Assembly (NCBI GenBank): GCA_950097015.1
Contig: CATNEN010000039.1
Location: forward strand, 14,198,001 to 14,262,000
DNA: 64,000 bases
Direction of reading: 5' to 3'
Source: Macrostomum hystrix
Lineage: Eukaryota > Animalia > Platyhelminthes
The position numbers and the translations under genes were made by a program. The notes beneath the pieces are model-generated. The model was not told the DNA's origin. It made no database searches and saw nothing but the letters and a program-made list of their open reading frames with translations. Shown one piece after another: positions 31,791 to 46,316 of this stretch. Every line of letters begins with the position of its first letter. The first letter of the stretch is position 1.

Positions 31791-32132
31791 TAGGTTCTAC
31801 GGCCTTGAGATGGAAGAGAGCAGTAGGAAGGGGCCCTGTTGCAAGACCAAAGGGAAGCAAGATGAAGGCGACCAAGAGCAGGACCAGCCCGATGCGCACC
31901 GACCAAGGAAGCAGGAGGAGCAGTAAGGACACGGGCAAGGCCGTCACCAGGGACTCGTGGTGCAGTAGCTCGGGCAAAATCAGAATCAGAAGTCTGTGAT
32001 ACCGAGAGAGAAAAGCAAGCGATTCAACGAACACCGTGCGCGTCACGTGAAGGACAGCAAGGCAGTGAGCTTCAAGAAGGCAATCGGGGAGGCCGACGAT
32101 ATCAGCAGGCGAGCCGGCGACCAGGCACTCAA

Positions 32133-33013
32133 TCCCGTGGGGCATCACCTCACTCCAATCCCATGGGGCATCACCTCACTCCAATCCCATGGGGCATCAC
32201 CTCACTCCAATCCCATGGGGCATCACCTCACTCCAATCCCATGGGGCATCACCTGACTCCAATCCCATGGGCATCACCTCACTCCAATCCCATGGGGCAT
32301 CACCTGACTCCAATCCCATGGGGCATCACGTCACTCCAGTCGAATAGGGCATCACATCACTCCAATCCCATGGGGCATCACCTCACTCCAATCCCATGGG
32401 CCATCACCTCACTCCAATCCCATTGGGCATCACCTGACTCCAATCACATGGGGCATCACCTCACTCAAATCCCATTGGGCATCACCTCACTCCAATCCCA
32501 TTGGGCATCACCTCACTCCAATCCCATGGGCCATCACCTCACTCCAATCCCATTGGGCATCACCTGACTCCAATCACATGGGGCATCACCTCACTCAAAT
32601 CCCATTGGGCATCACCTCACTCCAATCACATTGGGCATCACCTGACTCCAATCACATGGGGCATCACGTCACTCCAATCACATGGGGCATCACCTCACTC
32701 CAATCCCATGGGGCATCACCTCACTCCAATCCCATGGGGCATCACCTCACTCCAATCACATGGGGCATCACCTCACTCCAATCACATGGGGCATCACCTC
32801 ACTCCAATCCCATGGGGCATCACCTCACTCCAATCACATGGGGCATCACCTCACTCCAATCCCATGGGGCATCACCTCACTCCAATCCCATGGGGCATCA
32901 CGTCACTCCAATCACATGGGGCATCACCTCACTCCAATCCCATGGGGCATCACCTCACTCCAATCCCATGGGGCATCACCTCACTCCAATCACATGGGGC
33001 ATCACCTCACTCC
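32133..33013 (+). repeat. 26-bp minisatellite; also at 47898-48622
   Basis: CCCATGGGGCATCACCTCACTCCAAT units. Confidence 0.95.
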
Positions 33014-33786
33014 GATCGAAGGGACAAGATTTCTTCAGTGTCTGGGTGGGGTCTCACAATGAGTCATGCTCAATGGATTGTCTATACACTGCTCTTACCA
33101 CCACTTTGCGAGAAAATAGCTGCGGAAAGCAACGACTGACAAGACTGAAGAGTCACAAAGAATAATATTAATACCTTGAGACCTTGGCAGCAAGACAAGC
33201 TTAGAAGATGAGACAGGGGAGAGATGAGACGGGTGAAAAAGGAAAGGGGAGAAAAGAGGCAGGTGCGAGAGTTGTAAGATAAATTGATGACACATGAGAG
33301 AGATGTGAGACCGTCTTGAGACCGTCTTAGATAAGATAGGAAGAGAGATAAGACATGGGGAGAGAGATCTGACTAGGGAGACATGTGTCAGGGGTGAGAT
33401 GAGACTGGGAGTTTAGGAAGGGGCTTGACTCTGCGGCTGCAAACCGGTTGCAAACAAAGGTCTTTGAACTCAACGTGGTATGCGGCCAGTCAGCAGTGTC
33501 GCGTACCTGTGCTCGATCAGGTGCCTCTGGTTACGGCTACAGCTACTGTTCAGGTAAAGGCGTCATCTGTCTGACCTCAAAAGGCTACGCAGCCATGCTG
33601 CTGGATTTTGTACCGCTTTTTGCTGCCCTTTAAGGACAAGGTCTCTTCTTGCTGAGGGCGCTTGTCGGAGACTAGTCATGTCGTTTGTGGCTTTTCTTTT
33701 CTTCTGCTTTCTTTTCTCTTTTAGTGTGAGTCACCTCGCACTGTGAGCGTTGGTTACCTCGAGAGGGCGAACGAGTTCGGTTGGGC

Positions 33787-34585
33787 CAGCGCGGCCCCAG
33801 CCTCTCAGGAACCGCCTCCGCTGGGTGAACAGCCAGCAAGCCTATCTTCAGCGCGGCCCCAGCCTCTCAGGAACCGCCTCCGCTGGGTGAACAGCCAGCA
33901 AGCCTATCTTCAGCGCGGCCCCAGCCTCTCAGGAACCGCCTCCGCTGGGTGACCAGCCAGCAAGCCTATCTTCAGCGCGGCCCCAGCCTCTCAGGAACCG
34001 CCTCCGCTGGGTGACCAGCCAGCAAGCCTATCTTCAGCGCGGCCCCAGCCTCTCAGGAACCGCCTCCGCTGGGTGACCAGCCAGCAAGCCTATCTTCAGC
34101 GCGGCCCCAGCCTCTCAGGAACCGCCTCCGCTGGGTGACCAGCCAGCAAGCCTATCTTCAGCGCGGCCCCAGCCTCTCAGGAACCGCCTCCGCTGGGTGA
34201 CCAGCCAGCAAGCCTATCTTCAGCGCGGCCCCAGCCTCTCAGGAACCGCCTCCGCTGGGTGACCAGCCAGCAAGCCTATCTTCAGCGCGGCCCCAGCCTC
34301 TCAGGAACCGCCTCCGCTGGGTGACCAGCCAGCAAGCCTATCTTCAGCGCGGCCCCAGCCTCTCAGGAACCGCCTCCGCTGGGTGACCAGCCAGCAAGCC
34401 TATCTTCAGCGCGGCCCCAGCCTCTCAGGAACCGCCTCCGCTGGGTGACCAGCCAGCAAGCCTATCTTCAGCGCGGCCCCAGCCTCTCAGGAACCGCCTC
34501 CGCTGGGTGACCAGCCAGCAAGCCTATCTTCAGCGCGGCCCCAGCCTCTCAGGAACCGCCTCCGCTGGGTGACCAGCCAGCAAGC
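33787..34585 (+). repeat. 62-bp minisatellite (~13 units)
   Basis: Same unit as 1977-2527. Confidence 0.95.
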
Positions 34586-36511
34586 ATCGAAGAACTACAA
34601 TCAAGTAGGCAGCATTCACAGACAAAAAAAATTACACACTGCTGCAACCTTGAACAAGGTCAGTAAAAAATCATTAAACTGATGTACCATAAAGAAGTCT
34701 ATATTCGAAAATGATACACCAGACAAGATCTTTAAGGGCTTCATTCATCGATTCAATCAAGCCCTGCATTCCACGTCCAAATGTTCTGTGAGGACCAACT
34801 TCGCTTGCTTCTGGGAAGAATGGACTCTCATGGCTGCACCTGGATGCCTTGCAGGAGGAATTGTTAAGGCTGTTAACTTTTCCAACAAACCCGTTTCGGA
34901 AGCGGTCTAAAGAAATTAAAGGAATTAATTAAACGAAGCGCAACAATTTCAAACAGGCAAGAGAGGCTAGGTTTTTAGGGCACTTGACAGTAACATAGCC
35001 ATGCAGGCACGAGTATCGGCCGATACAAACAAATTCCAATTTTCTAGCTCCTGTACTGCAGTAAAATACTGAAATAGTTGTTTTGCACATTAAACACTCG
35101 TCCGCGTACAGAGATATTTATTTATTCTGCAGACTTGAAAATGCAACCTTTTTATTGTCTTTTCAATAGTAGATTAAGAAAGAAACATGCAGCTTAATGC
35201 TGCCAGTGCGTTAGCTGCGTAAACATGCTTGCTGTTTAAAAATTTATTCATATAAGAGTGTTTATGTTAGAAGCGTATAGTTGTGTTTTATGCGAAACAA
35301 CAGAGAAAAAAAACAACTAAAAATTCATGTTTCTGCGTTCTAATGCATCAGTTTATATACTCGTACTACTAGAGTATATTAGTTCTGCTGTTATTGTTTG
35401 TTATGAATGTTTCTGATACAGTTATATAAGTAAATCAAATTGGTTAAAAACGAACTGTCCTTGGAACAGAAAACACGCTAAGCAAATTTAGCAATGTTCA
35501 CTGAAGCAACTATAGCTTTTTGCAAATGAATTCAGCCTATCTGCAAAACCCTTCAGCCAGCCAGGGCCAGCCTTTGCACACAAGTCAATTAAATTTTTAG
35601 TTTTAGTTTTAAATTTGTTCTCAATTCAGAACTGAAGGCTCTGAAGGAAAGCCTGAAGAGACAGCTACCTAAGAACTGAAGGTTCTGAAGGATAGCCTGA
35701 AGAGACAGCTACCTAAGAACTGAAGGTTCTGAAGGATAGCCTGAAGAGACAGCTACCTAAGAACTGAAGGCTCTGAAGGAAAGCCTGAAGAGACAGCTAC
35801 CTAAGAACTGAAGGTTCTGAAGGATAGCCTGAAGAGACAGCTACCTAAGAACTGAAGGTTCTGAAGGATAGCCTGAAGAGACAGCTACCTAAGAACTGAA
35901 GGTTCTGAAGGATAGCCTGAAGAGACAGCTACCTAAGAACTGAAGGTTCTGAAGGATAGCCTGAAGAGACAGCTACCTGAGAACTAAAGGCTCTGAAGGA
36001 TAGCCTGAAGAGACAGCTACCGGAGAACTGAAGGTTCTGAAGGATAGCCTGAAGAGACAGCTACCTAAGAACTGAAGGTTCTGAAGGATAGCCTGAAGAG
36101 ACAGCTACCTGAGAACTAAAGGCTCTGAAGGATAGCCTGAAGAGACAGCTACCTAAGAACTGAAGGTTCTGAAGGATAGCCTGAAGAGACAGCTACCTGA
36201 GAACTAAAGGCTCTGAAGGATAGCCTGAAGAGACAGCTACCTAAGAACTGAAGGTTCTGAAGGATAGCCTGAAGAGACAGCTACCTAAGAACTGAAGGCT
36301 CTGAAGGAAAGCCTGAAGAGACAGCTACCTAAGAACTGAAGGTTCTGAAGGATAGCCTGAAGAGACAGCTACCTAAGAACTGAAGGTTCTGAAGGAAAGC
36401 CTGAAGAGACAGCTACCGGAGAACTGAAGGTTCTGAAGGATAGCCTGAAGAGACAGCTACCGGAGAACTGAAGGTTCTGAAGGAAAGCCTGAAGAGATTA
36501 GCTACCAGTGA

Positions 36512-39500
36512 CGCCATAATTGTGCAAAAAACACTCGCGCTACCCCACGCCAGTCTGCCGAGGCGTCAACAACATCCCGGAGGCTGAAGCTCGGCCTGCT
36601 GACCGCAACCTTCTTGGCTCTGCTGGGAATTCTGATTTCCCTCTCTGTACTCATCGCTCAGCTGGCCTCAGCTCCGCGGCCGACGCCTCCGCCGATGCTG
36701 AGCACCCCGCGGCCTACTCAACGTCCAGCGCCGGCGGAGCAGCGAATCGACTGCCTGTTCGACTATCGACAACTGCCCGGCGGTGCCAGTCGAGCTAATT
36801 GCGAACGACGCGGCTGCCACTTTGACGATATCGGAGCTAACGATCTGAACGCGCCCCGCTGCTTTTATCCGGAACAATCTGATCTGCTGGGCTACGAGCT
36901 TGTCGAAATGGTTGAGAACCGAGACGGCCTGACGGCTACGTTGCAACTGCGGGATGGCGACTCCGACGGGCAGCTGTTTAGAGGCGGCCTGCCGTATCTC
37001 CGGCTGCTGGTGACTCATCTGTCCGATTCTACAGTTCGAATTAAGGTTGGCGCAGTTAATTTCGCAGTATCCAATGGTATCAGTTAGTCTATGGCCAAAC
37101 TCCAGTCGCTACGAAGTCCCGGTGCCGCTACATCTGCCACAGTCGGGAACGGAGAGGCCGCGCTATCGAGTCACCGTCCAGAAGCAGCCCTTCAGCTTTC
37201 GGGTTACACGGAGATCCACCGGCGCTGTTTTGTGAGCTTGAATGCTTTTTCTTTGGGTCTCAAACTTCACCTCTCACTGTTCCCCTCCCTTCCTCTTCCC
37301 AATGTACATCCCCCTCTCCCCAATGTTCCCCTCCCTTCCTCTTCAAATCGTACATCCCTCCTCTCCCCAATGTTCCCCTCCCTTCCTCTTCCCAATGTAC
37401 ACCCCCCTCTCCCCAATGTTCCCCTCCCTTCCTCTTCCCAATGTACATCCCCTCTCCCCAATGTTTCTCTCCCTTCCTCTTCCCAATGTACACCCCCTCT
37501 CCCCAATGTTTATCTCCCTTCCTCTTCCCAATGTACATCCCCTCTCCCCAATGTTCCCCTCCCTTCCTCTTCCCAATGTACACCCCCTCTCCCCAGTGTA
37601 CCACTCCCTTCCTCTTCACAATGTACACCCCCTCTCCCCAATGTTCCCCTCCCTTTCTCTTCCCAATGTACACCCCCTCTCCCCAGTGTACCACTCCCTC
37701 CGCCTCCCCAAGTATGCTATCTATAGTTTCTATTTGAGCCAAATTGAGCTCAGAAGTGTCTCCATTCTCAGGTTCAACCTGCAGCCTTCATCTACGCTGA
37801 TCAGCTAATCCAGCTAGCCACCGACCTGCCCAGCAAAAAGCTGCTCGGTTTTGGCGAGACTGTGAAGCCCCGCTTGCTAATCCAACTGGACAAATTTCGA
37901 ACCTGGGCACTCTTTGCCCGAGATGAACCTGTGTTTAATGTGAGGCAAATCGGCATTCAAATTAAAGCTTGTACCGATCCTGACACATAGTGACACACCC
38001 TGACACATATACCCATCCTGACACAAATTGACCCATCCTGAAATACTTTAACCTATACTGACCCACCCTGACACATCTTGACGCACCCTGACACATATTG
38101 ACCCACCGTGACACATCTTGACCCACCCTGACGCATCTTGACGCACACTGACACATCTTGACGCACCCTGACACATCTTGACCCACCCTGACACCCATTA
38201 ACCCACCCTGACACATGTTGACCCATCTTGACATACCCTGACACATCTTGACATATCCTGACACATCTTGACCCACCCTGACACACCTTGACCCATCCGG
38301 AAACACCTTAACCTATCCTGACACATCTTGACTAATCTTGACATACCCTGAACCATCCTGAGACATCTTGACGCACCCTGACACATCTTGACCAATACTT
38401 ACACATCTTGACCCATCCTGACACATCTTAACCCATTCTGACACAAGTTGACCCACTCTAACACATCTTGACCCATCCTGACACATCTTGACTCATCCTG
38501 ACACATCTTGACCCATCCGGAAACACATTAACCTATCCTGACACATCTTGACTAATCTTGACATACCCTGAACCATCCTGAGACATCTTGACGCACCCTG
38601 ACACATCTTGACCAATACTTACACATCTTGACCCATCCTGACACATCTTAACCCATTCTGACACAAGTTGACCCACTCTAACACATCTTGACCCATCCTG
38701 ACACATCTTGACTCATCCTGACAAATCTTGACCCATCCCTGACTAATCCGACATCCAAATGTGATAATCTGACCAGTCCCTGACCTGACCCGTCCTACCT
38801 AACTAACAGGAGCAGCGCAATCACTACGGAGTGCACCCGTTCTACATGAGTCTTGAACAAGATAACAGTGCTCACGGTGCACTACTCTGGAACAGCAACG
38901 CCATGGGTGAGCATTGAAGTCAGAGTTCACTGCTACTTATTGATGGTTTAACTGGTGGCTATCTGTATTTTTCACTGATGGGTCACTGAAAAAACGTTTG
39001 GAAAACAACAGGTTAACGAATGTATCAGTCAGACAGGTGACAGAATCAGTCAGACAGGTGACAGAATCAGTCAGACAGGTGACAGAATCAGTCAGACAGG
39101 TGACAGAATCAGTCAGACAGGTGACAGAATCAGTCAGACAGGTGACAGAATCAATCAGACAGGTGACAGAATCAATCAGACAGGTGACAGAATCAATCAG
39201 ACAGGTGACAGAATCAATCAGACAGGTGACAGAATCAATCAGACAGGTGACAGAATCAATCAGACAGGTGACAGAGTCAGTCAGACAGGTGACAGAATCA
39301 GTCAGACAGGTGACAGAATCAGTCAGACAGGTGACAGAATCAGTCAGACAGGTGACAGAATCAATCAGACAGGTGACAGAATCAGTCAGACAGGTGACAG
39401 AATCTGTCAGACAGGTGACAGAATCAGTCAGACGGGTGACAGAATCTGTCAGACGGGTGACAGAATCAGTCAGACAGGTGACAGAATCTTTCATCCCAAT

Positions 39501-42500
39501 CCTTGCAGAGTTTGTGACCAGCCCTGGTCCACGCCTGGTGTATCGAACCACCGGAGGTGTCCTGGACCTGTTCATGTTCCTTGGCCCGGACCCGGAGTCA
39601 GTTGCTACGCAATACCATCAGCTGATTGGGCAGCCAAATTTGCCACCCTACTGGAGTCTGGGATTTCACATTAGTCGCTATGGTTACCGCAGCCTTAGCC
39701 AGATTAACGAAACGCTTTCTAGGAATCGCGCAATCGGCCTGCCGATCGACGCTGTACACCTAGATATTGATCACCTGGACCAGAGGCGAGTGTTCACCCT
39801 TGATCCAATCAACTATGCCGGCCTGTACAGCTATCTGGTTGATCAGAGAAATCAATACGGATTGAGGAATATAGCCATTCTGGTGCGCCAGTCTGTTCCT
39901 ACTTCTACTCTTTCTTAGAAAAAGGGATGAAAAAACAAAGGAAAAGAACTGTTGAAGAGATTTGAAAAAAATATAGAATGATCAATTGAAAATTAGAGTT
40001 GACGAAGTGAGAAGGGAGATTGGGAAGTGAGACGGGAGATTGGGAAGTGAGAGGGGAGATTGGGAAGTGAGAGGGGAGATTGGGAAGTGAGAGGGGAGAT
40101 TGGGAAGTGAGAGAGGAGATTGGGAAGTGAGGGGAGATTGAGAAGTGAGAGGGGAGATTGGGAAGTGAGAGGGGAGATTGGGAAGTGAGAGAGGAAACTG
40201 GGAAGTGAGGGGAGATTGAGAAGTGAGAGGAGAGATTGGGAAGTGCGAAAAAAAGATTGGGAAGTGAGAGAGGAGATTGGGAAGTGAGAGGGGAGATTGG
40301 GAAGTGAGAGGGGAGATTGGGAAGTGAGAGGGGAGATTGGGAAGTGAGAGAGGAAATTGGGAAGTGAGGGGAGATTGAGAAGTGAGAGGAGAGATTGGGA
40401 AGTGCGAAAAAAAGATTGGGAAGTGAGAGAGGAGATTGGGAAGTGAGAGGGGAGATTGGGAAGTGAGAGGGGAGATTGGGAAGTGAGAGGGGAGATTGGG
40501 AAGTGAGAGAGGAAATTGGGAAGTGAGGGGAGATTGAGAAGTGAGAGGAGAGATTGGGAAGTGCGAAAAAAAGATTGGGAAGTGAGAGAGGAGATTGGGA
40601 AGTGAGAGGGGAGATTGGGAAGTGAGAGGGGAGATTGGAAAGTGAGAGGGGATTGGGAAGTGAGAGGGGAGATTGGGAAGTGAGATAGGAGATTGGGAAG
40701 TGAGAGAGGAGATTGGAAAGTGAGAGGGGATTGGGAAGTGAGATAGGAGATTGGGAAGTGAGAGAGGAGATTGGAAAGTGAGAGGGGATTGGGAAGTGAG
40801 ATAGGAGATTGGGAAGTGAGAGAGGAGATTGATGGAATTGATGGATTTTAGCCTTAAAACGTTACAAGCTTCAAGTTGACATTCTTTCTCCACTTTATTC
40901 GCATTCGAAGAATCCGGTGGTTGTCATCAACTCTACCGGCTATCGGCCCTTCGAGTTAGGCCGCCAAATGGACACTTTTGTGCGTTGGCGATCGGCTGAC
41001 GAAATGCCGCCGGGGGATTTCGACTTTCTTAACGACACTGTGCTGCTGGGTTACGTGAGTTTTAATTAACGCATTTCGTCACCTACTTTAGGGAACGTTG
41101 CGCTGCATTAACTTTAAAAAGTTTCCGTTACTTTGATGCCTTCCGTTACTTTGATGCCTTCTGTTAATTTGGTGCCATCCGTTTATTAGATTCCTTCCGT
41201 TATTTTGATTCCTTTCGTTACTGTGATGCCTTCTGGTACTTTGACGGCTTTCCGTTACTTTGAAGCCATCCGTTCCTTAGATACCTTCCGTTACTTTGAT
41301 GTCTCCTGTTCCGTTTCGTGTTCTGGTTCTTTTGTGTGTTTTGTAATTTTTTTCTTTAAATTTATTTGATGCCTTCCGTTACTTTGATGCCTTTCGTTAC
41401 TTTAATTCATTTCGTTACTTTGTTGCATTTCGTTACTTTGATGCCATCTATTAATTTGATGCCTTCCGTTAATTTGATTACTTCCGTTTTTTTATTCCTT
41501 CTGCTACTTTGATGCCTTTCGTTACTCAGATGCATACCGTTACTTTAATTGCTTCCGTTACTTTGTTGCCTACCGTTACTTTATGTCTTCCGTTCCTTTT
41601 TTGTATTCTGTTATTTTTTGGTTTTTTAATATTTTTTAATTCCTTTTGTTGCTCTGATGAATTTCGTTACTTTGATCCATTCTGCCCTATTTTTTCTTCC
41701 GTTATTTTTATGTATTTTATTGTAGTTTTTTCTTTATTTTATTTTCGTTGCTTTGATGGCGTTACTTTGATGTCGTCAGTTACTTCTATGTATTCCTTTA
41801 TTTTTCATATTTTAGGTACCATGATATCTTCTTATAGTTGCCTTCAGTCTTCTGTTACTCTGAAATCCTCCGTTGCTGGAAGTATTTTGTTACTGTCATG
41901 GATTCCGTTACTTTATAGTTTACGTTGCTTTTTCTCGATTACTTTAAGTCTTCCATAACATCGATATTTTCCTTTGCTTTTAAACCTTCAGTAACTTTCT
42001 TCCGTTACTGCGCCAAGGCTCGTGAGTAAAATTCTATTTATTTTCAGGTGTGGCCCAGTGGAAAAGTTGCTTTCGTCGACTTCTTCAAGAACTCCTCGGT
42101 GGAGTACTGGACCCAGCTAATTCAGGAGCACCAGAGCGGTGGCGTGCCATTTGACGGAATCTGGCTGGTTAGCGCATAAGCTACTTCTAAGTAGCAAGTT
42201 ACGATAAACAAGTTCAGATTCAAAATTACAATTAAATTTATTCTTTCTCCCTCCGCCCAGGACATGAACGAGCCGGCCAACTTTGGTACAAACGAGAAGA
42301 AGCCGTGGAATTGGCCGGAGCATGAGACGCCCTACTGGAGTCTGAAGTGCGACAACAGCTCATTGCTTGAGATGCCGCCGTACAGGCCTAGTGAGCATAT
42401 TTGAATCGCTGATTTTCTTAAGTCGTCGCTTTTGAATTTCGCCGATTAAAAATTCCAAGAACGAAATTTCCATTAAAAGGCGCCGCATATTTTTGGGACT

Positions 42501-43485
42501 CGGAGCGCGACTCAAAAATTGCCCAACTGTCAGACAAATCAATCTGCATGTACGCTCAGCACACACTGGATAGTGACGTCTGGGTTAGGCAGCAGCAGCA
42601 GTTGCACTACAATGTCCACAGTCTCTACGGCTACGCCATGGAGTCGGCGACTCGACGGGCCCTGAGCCAATCAGCGCCAGGCCGTCGGAAACCGATCGTC
42701 AGCCAGTCGAATTATCCCGGCAATTATTAGCTCCTTTAGTAGGTTTCCACCGTATTTACGCGAAATACGGTAGCTGTCAAAGTAAAAGGTGTATTAGCTG
42801 TCAAAGTAACAGGTGTACTATCTGTCAAAGCAACAGGTGTATTAGCTGTCAAAGCAACATGTGTATTAGCTGTCAAAGTAACAGGTGTATTAGCTGTCAA
42901 AGTAACAGGTGTATTAGCTGTCAAAGTAACAGGTGTATTAGCTGTCAAAGCAACAGGTGTATTATCTGTCAAAGTAACAGGTGTATTAGCTGTCAAAGTA
43001 ACAGGTGTATTAGCTGTCAAAGCAACAGGTGTATTATCTGTCAAAGCAACAGGTGTATTAGCTGTCAAAGTAACAGGTGTATTAGCTGTCAAAGCAACAG
43101 GTGTATTAGCTGTCAAAGCAACAGGTGTATTAGCTGTCAAAGTAACAGGTGTATTAGCTGTCAAAGTAACAGGTGTACTAGCTGTCAAAGTAACAGGTGT
43201 ACTAGCTGTCAAAGTAACAGGTGTATTAGCTCCTTTAGTAGGTTTCCACCGTATTTACAACACACGCGGCAGCTATTTTGCCAAGCAGCTGATAGTAATG
43301 TCAAAGACTTGACCTACAACACCGCAGGATCAGGACCCGGCTGTGTATCAGCAGGTGTGTCCCCAGTGTGTCCAACAAATGGTTCGGGTCGTTCGACAGC
43401 GATACAGGCTTAATCCGCACCTGTACACCCTGTTTCACCGGACTCACAGGCATGGCGGCACTGTGGTCAGACCCCTGTTTTTTAA
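36512..43485 (+). pseudogene. GH31 alpha-glucosidase, truncated copy 2
   Basis: Same exon set as copy 1, plus a 7-bp deletion (GGTGCCG) at 37780/37781 that causes a frameshift. Confidence 0.88.
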
Positions 43486-43981
43486 GCGAGCCGACCTAAA
43501 TTTAAATTTTATTGAAACTTAAATTTCATTTTTCATATTCTATTATGTGATTCTCCATCTCACCTTATGAGTCTTTGATTTGAGTGTTCTCAATCTCACC
43601 TGATCAGTCTTTGATTTGAGTGTTCTCAATCTCACCTGATCAATCTCAGATCTGAGTGTTCTCAATCTCACCTGATCAGTCTTTGATCTGAGTGTTCTTA
43701 ATCTCACCTGAGCAATCTCAGATTAGTGTTCTCATATATATATATAAAATAATTCGGAACAGATATATATGTATATTTTGTCATAAAATATGACAAGCCT
43801 GGCATGCTTGGGATTTGCAACGGAAATCGGTCAGTTTTTGTTATTAAGATTATTTGTTATTATTGAGAGGAGACTTTTGGCGCCTAGATTTTTCAGCACA
43901 TTTTCAGACAGAGCTTTCAGTACATTCAGTACATTCAGTACATAAAAAATGAAAAGAAGATTCAAAATAAAATAAAAAAAT

Positions 43982-44838
43982 TCAACAACAAAACCAAATA
44001 AACTGCGCAAGCAGCATCGTTAGCAGCGTCGTGCAGCCGAGCACTACGGATACGAACAGCAAATTTTGGTGCGAAGCATCCACAGCAGTCGGGGTTGTAG
44101 TCGGGGTTGCAGGCGGAGTGTACATTCCTAATGGGATACAATCTGATTTTTCTGCGTTTGGTCTGCATTCGTATCGTTCAAGCATTAAGATTCTCAATAT
44201 TTCTTCGTGTATGTAAGGAAGCGCTTTTTCACAGCCGATGATGGCTTTTAAATGCCATTGAGGTACAGACCTTTTAGCAACAATTTTAAAGCACTTTTCT
44301 GATGGAGGGCAAAAAATTTCATCTGGACCTATCACTACTTCGCGTTGATCAGGATTATTGTCATTCAGCAGCCATTTCTTGTAGTGAAGGCATGGTACCA
44401 GATCACGTTCTAGATCATTGATTAAGTTAAATACACTCGCTTTATTGCATTTATCACCCGTGCAGTCTTTGCAATATTTTGTAGCAGGACAGGCGCCACA
44501 ACCATATTTCAGTAGCTAAAAAAGTTTCCGCATAGGGCAAAATTTATAGGGCAAACTGTTGCTTTATGATTTTGAATTGATATGCTAATTAAATTAGTTT
44601 AATTCATTCGGTCGCTCACCACTTCGCGACGAAAAAATTTTGCTGAACCTTCAGGTTGATATTCCACGAAACACTTGGTGTCTTTGGCAGGAGTACAATC
44701 TGTATCAGTATCGTCATTCTTATATACAGAAAATTTTACTCTTTCATTTTTCGACCAGATACATTTAATACAATCAGCCAGCTGAATGCCTCCAAGTGCA
44801 AGAAACACGCAAACAATAACCAGCTTCATAGTCGTCAT
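43982..44838 (-). CDS. Ly6/uPAR-like cell-surface protein, ~250 aa, copy 2; join(44838..44620, 44515..43982)
   Basis: Same structure as copy 1 with an intact frame and a divergent loop. Confidence 0.82.
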
Positions 44839-46316
44839 GATTGCCAGCTTCGATTCCGAATAGCCCAGTTAGATTTGGTCGATTAGCTGGCAGGTGGCAG
44901 TTGAACTGCAGTCAATTCTTGATCCGATTTGCAACGGCTGAGTAGAATCGGCCAGAATGCTCAGTCGAGTGTTGTCAGTTGTTGGATTTGATTCTTCGTT
45001 TCGGGCCGCTGCCCCTTCAATATGCTGCAGAAAGTACAGGTGCGAGCCAGCTCGGTCTATGGCAGCGCTGGCTGACACAGGGGTGCCCGCCTTTTGTCTA
45101 TGTCAAATTTCAGCTCTACTTTGCTTTTTTCATGCATGACTATTCTGAGAAGAACATTTGTGTTGTACTATTAGAAATCTCTCTAGCTTATTGGAGTTTC
45201 TCTCTAACTAAAGTATTGCACTTTACAAGCATCGAATGTATGTTTCCCATGGGCCCACATTTGACAGACTTTTTAGACACAGCCAGGTTAACGAAAACAA
45301 GTTACTTTTCTTCAATCACATCAAATCGTTCTTTCTCAGATTCATCCGCACCTCAGATCCCACGTCCTATACCACAGATCCCATATCCCAGAAAATACAT
45401 CCAATATGGGATGCCGCTGATCCTACATCCGAGATCCTATATCTCATTCGACAGACCTCAGATCCCAAATCGCAGATCCTGAATCGCACATTCCGAAACG
45501 TGATTGAAAAAGCACTTTTAAGTTCCAATCAACCCGAATAATAATAGAGAGCGGAGGGACAGGATTTTGAAGTGTCTGGGTGGGGTCTCACAATGAGTCG
45601 TGCTCATGGGATTGTTTACACTGTTCTTTCCACCACTTTGCAGAACGATGCTGCGGAAGCAACGACTGACAAGACTGAAGAGGCACAAAAAAGATATTAG
45701 ACATTGAGGCCTTGGCAACAAGACATTATAGTTGAGACACGCTTAGAAGATGAGACAGTGGAGAGATGAGACGGACAAAAAGTTAAAGGGGAGAAATGAG
45801 AGAGGAAAAATAAATTGATGAGACACGAGAGATATGTGACACCATCTTAGATAAGATTTCTTGTCTGGGTTCTCTAACAGTCTTGGTATCTAACAGTCAT
45901 GGGTGTCTAACAGTCTTGGGTGTCTAACAGTCTTGGGTGTCTAACAGTCTTGGGTGTCTAACAGTCTTGGGTGTCTAACAGTCTTGGGTCTCTAACAGTC
46001 TTGGGTGTCTGTTTGTGTAGCCTATTTCGGGTCAATGTGTGCCTCAGTTTTGCAGTTTTAACTCTCTTTTTCGTCTGGGCAAAAGTTATAGCTTTGCTTC
46101 GTTCGTGTGCAATAAAACGCTTATATAGCTCACAGGAACGCTATCAACAAAGAACTGACGGCATAGAGAAGCAGCTGAGAGTTTCTTGTGTCAGGCAATT
46201 TTATTGAAGGAAGGACTTAGAAGCCGTTGAGTACAACAGGCATTGCTGCTCGCATATAAGTGCATAAGAAGGTCGATTACGTCAACCTCGTTTGACCCAC
46301 TCACAAACCCTGCAAG

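Larger units (their letters stand above)
18903..35572 (+). repeat. Tandem duplication unit U1 (~16.7 kb)
   Basis: Near-identical to 35573-51740 apart from minisatellite copy numbers and the Ly6-like gene. Confidence 0.93.

Noticed and set aside
30570-31926. Long poly-Q, mucin-like T/A-rich and VVVAAAA ORFs (also 1280-1934 and 46191-47691)
   Set aside because: They are open in several frames only because the 45/48-bp minisatellite unit lacks stops; most have non-ATG starts and no splice evidence was seen.
31753-32148. Leu-rich minus-strand ORF with LPxxL periodicity (LRR-like)
   Set aside because: No proper LxxLxLxxN consensus, and it is bounded by minisatellites.
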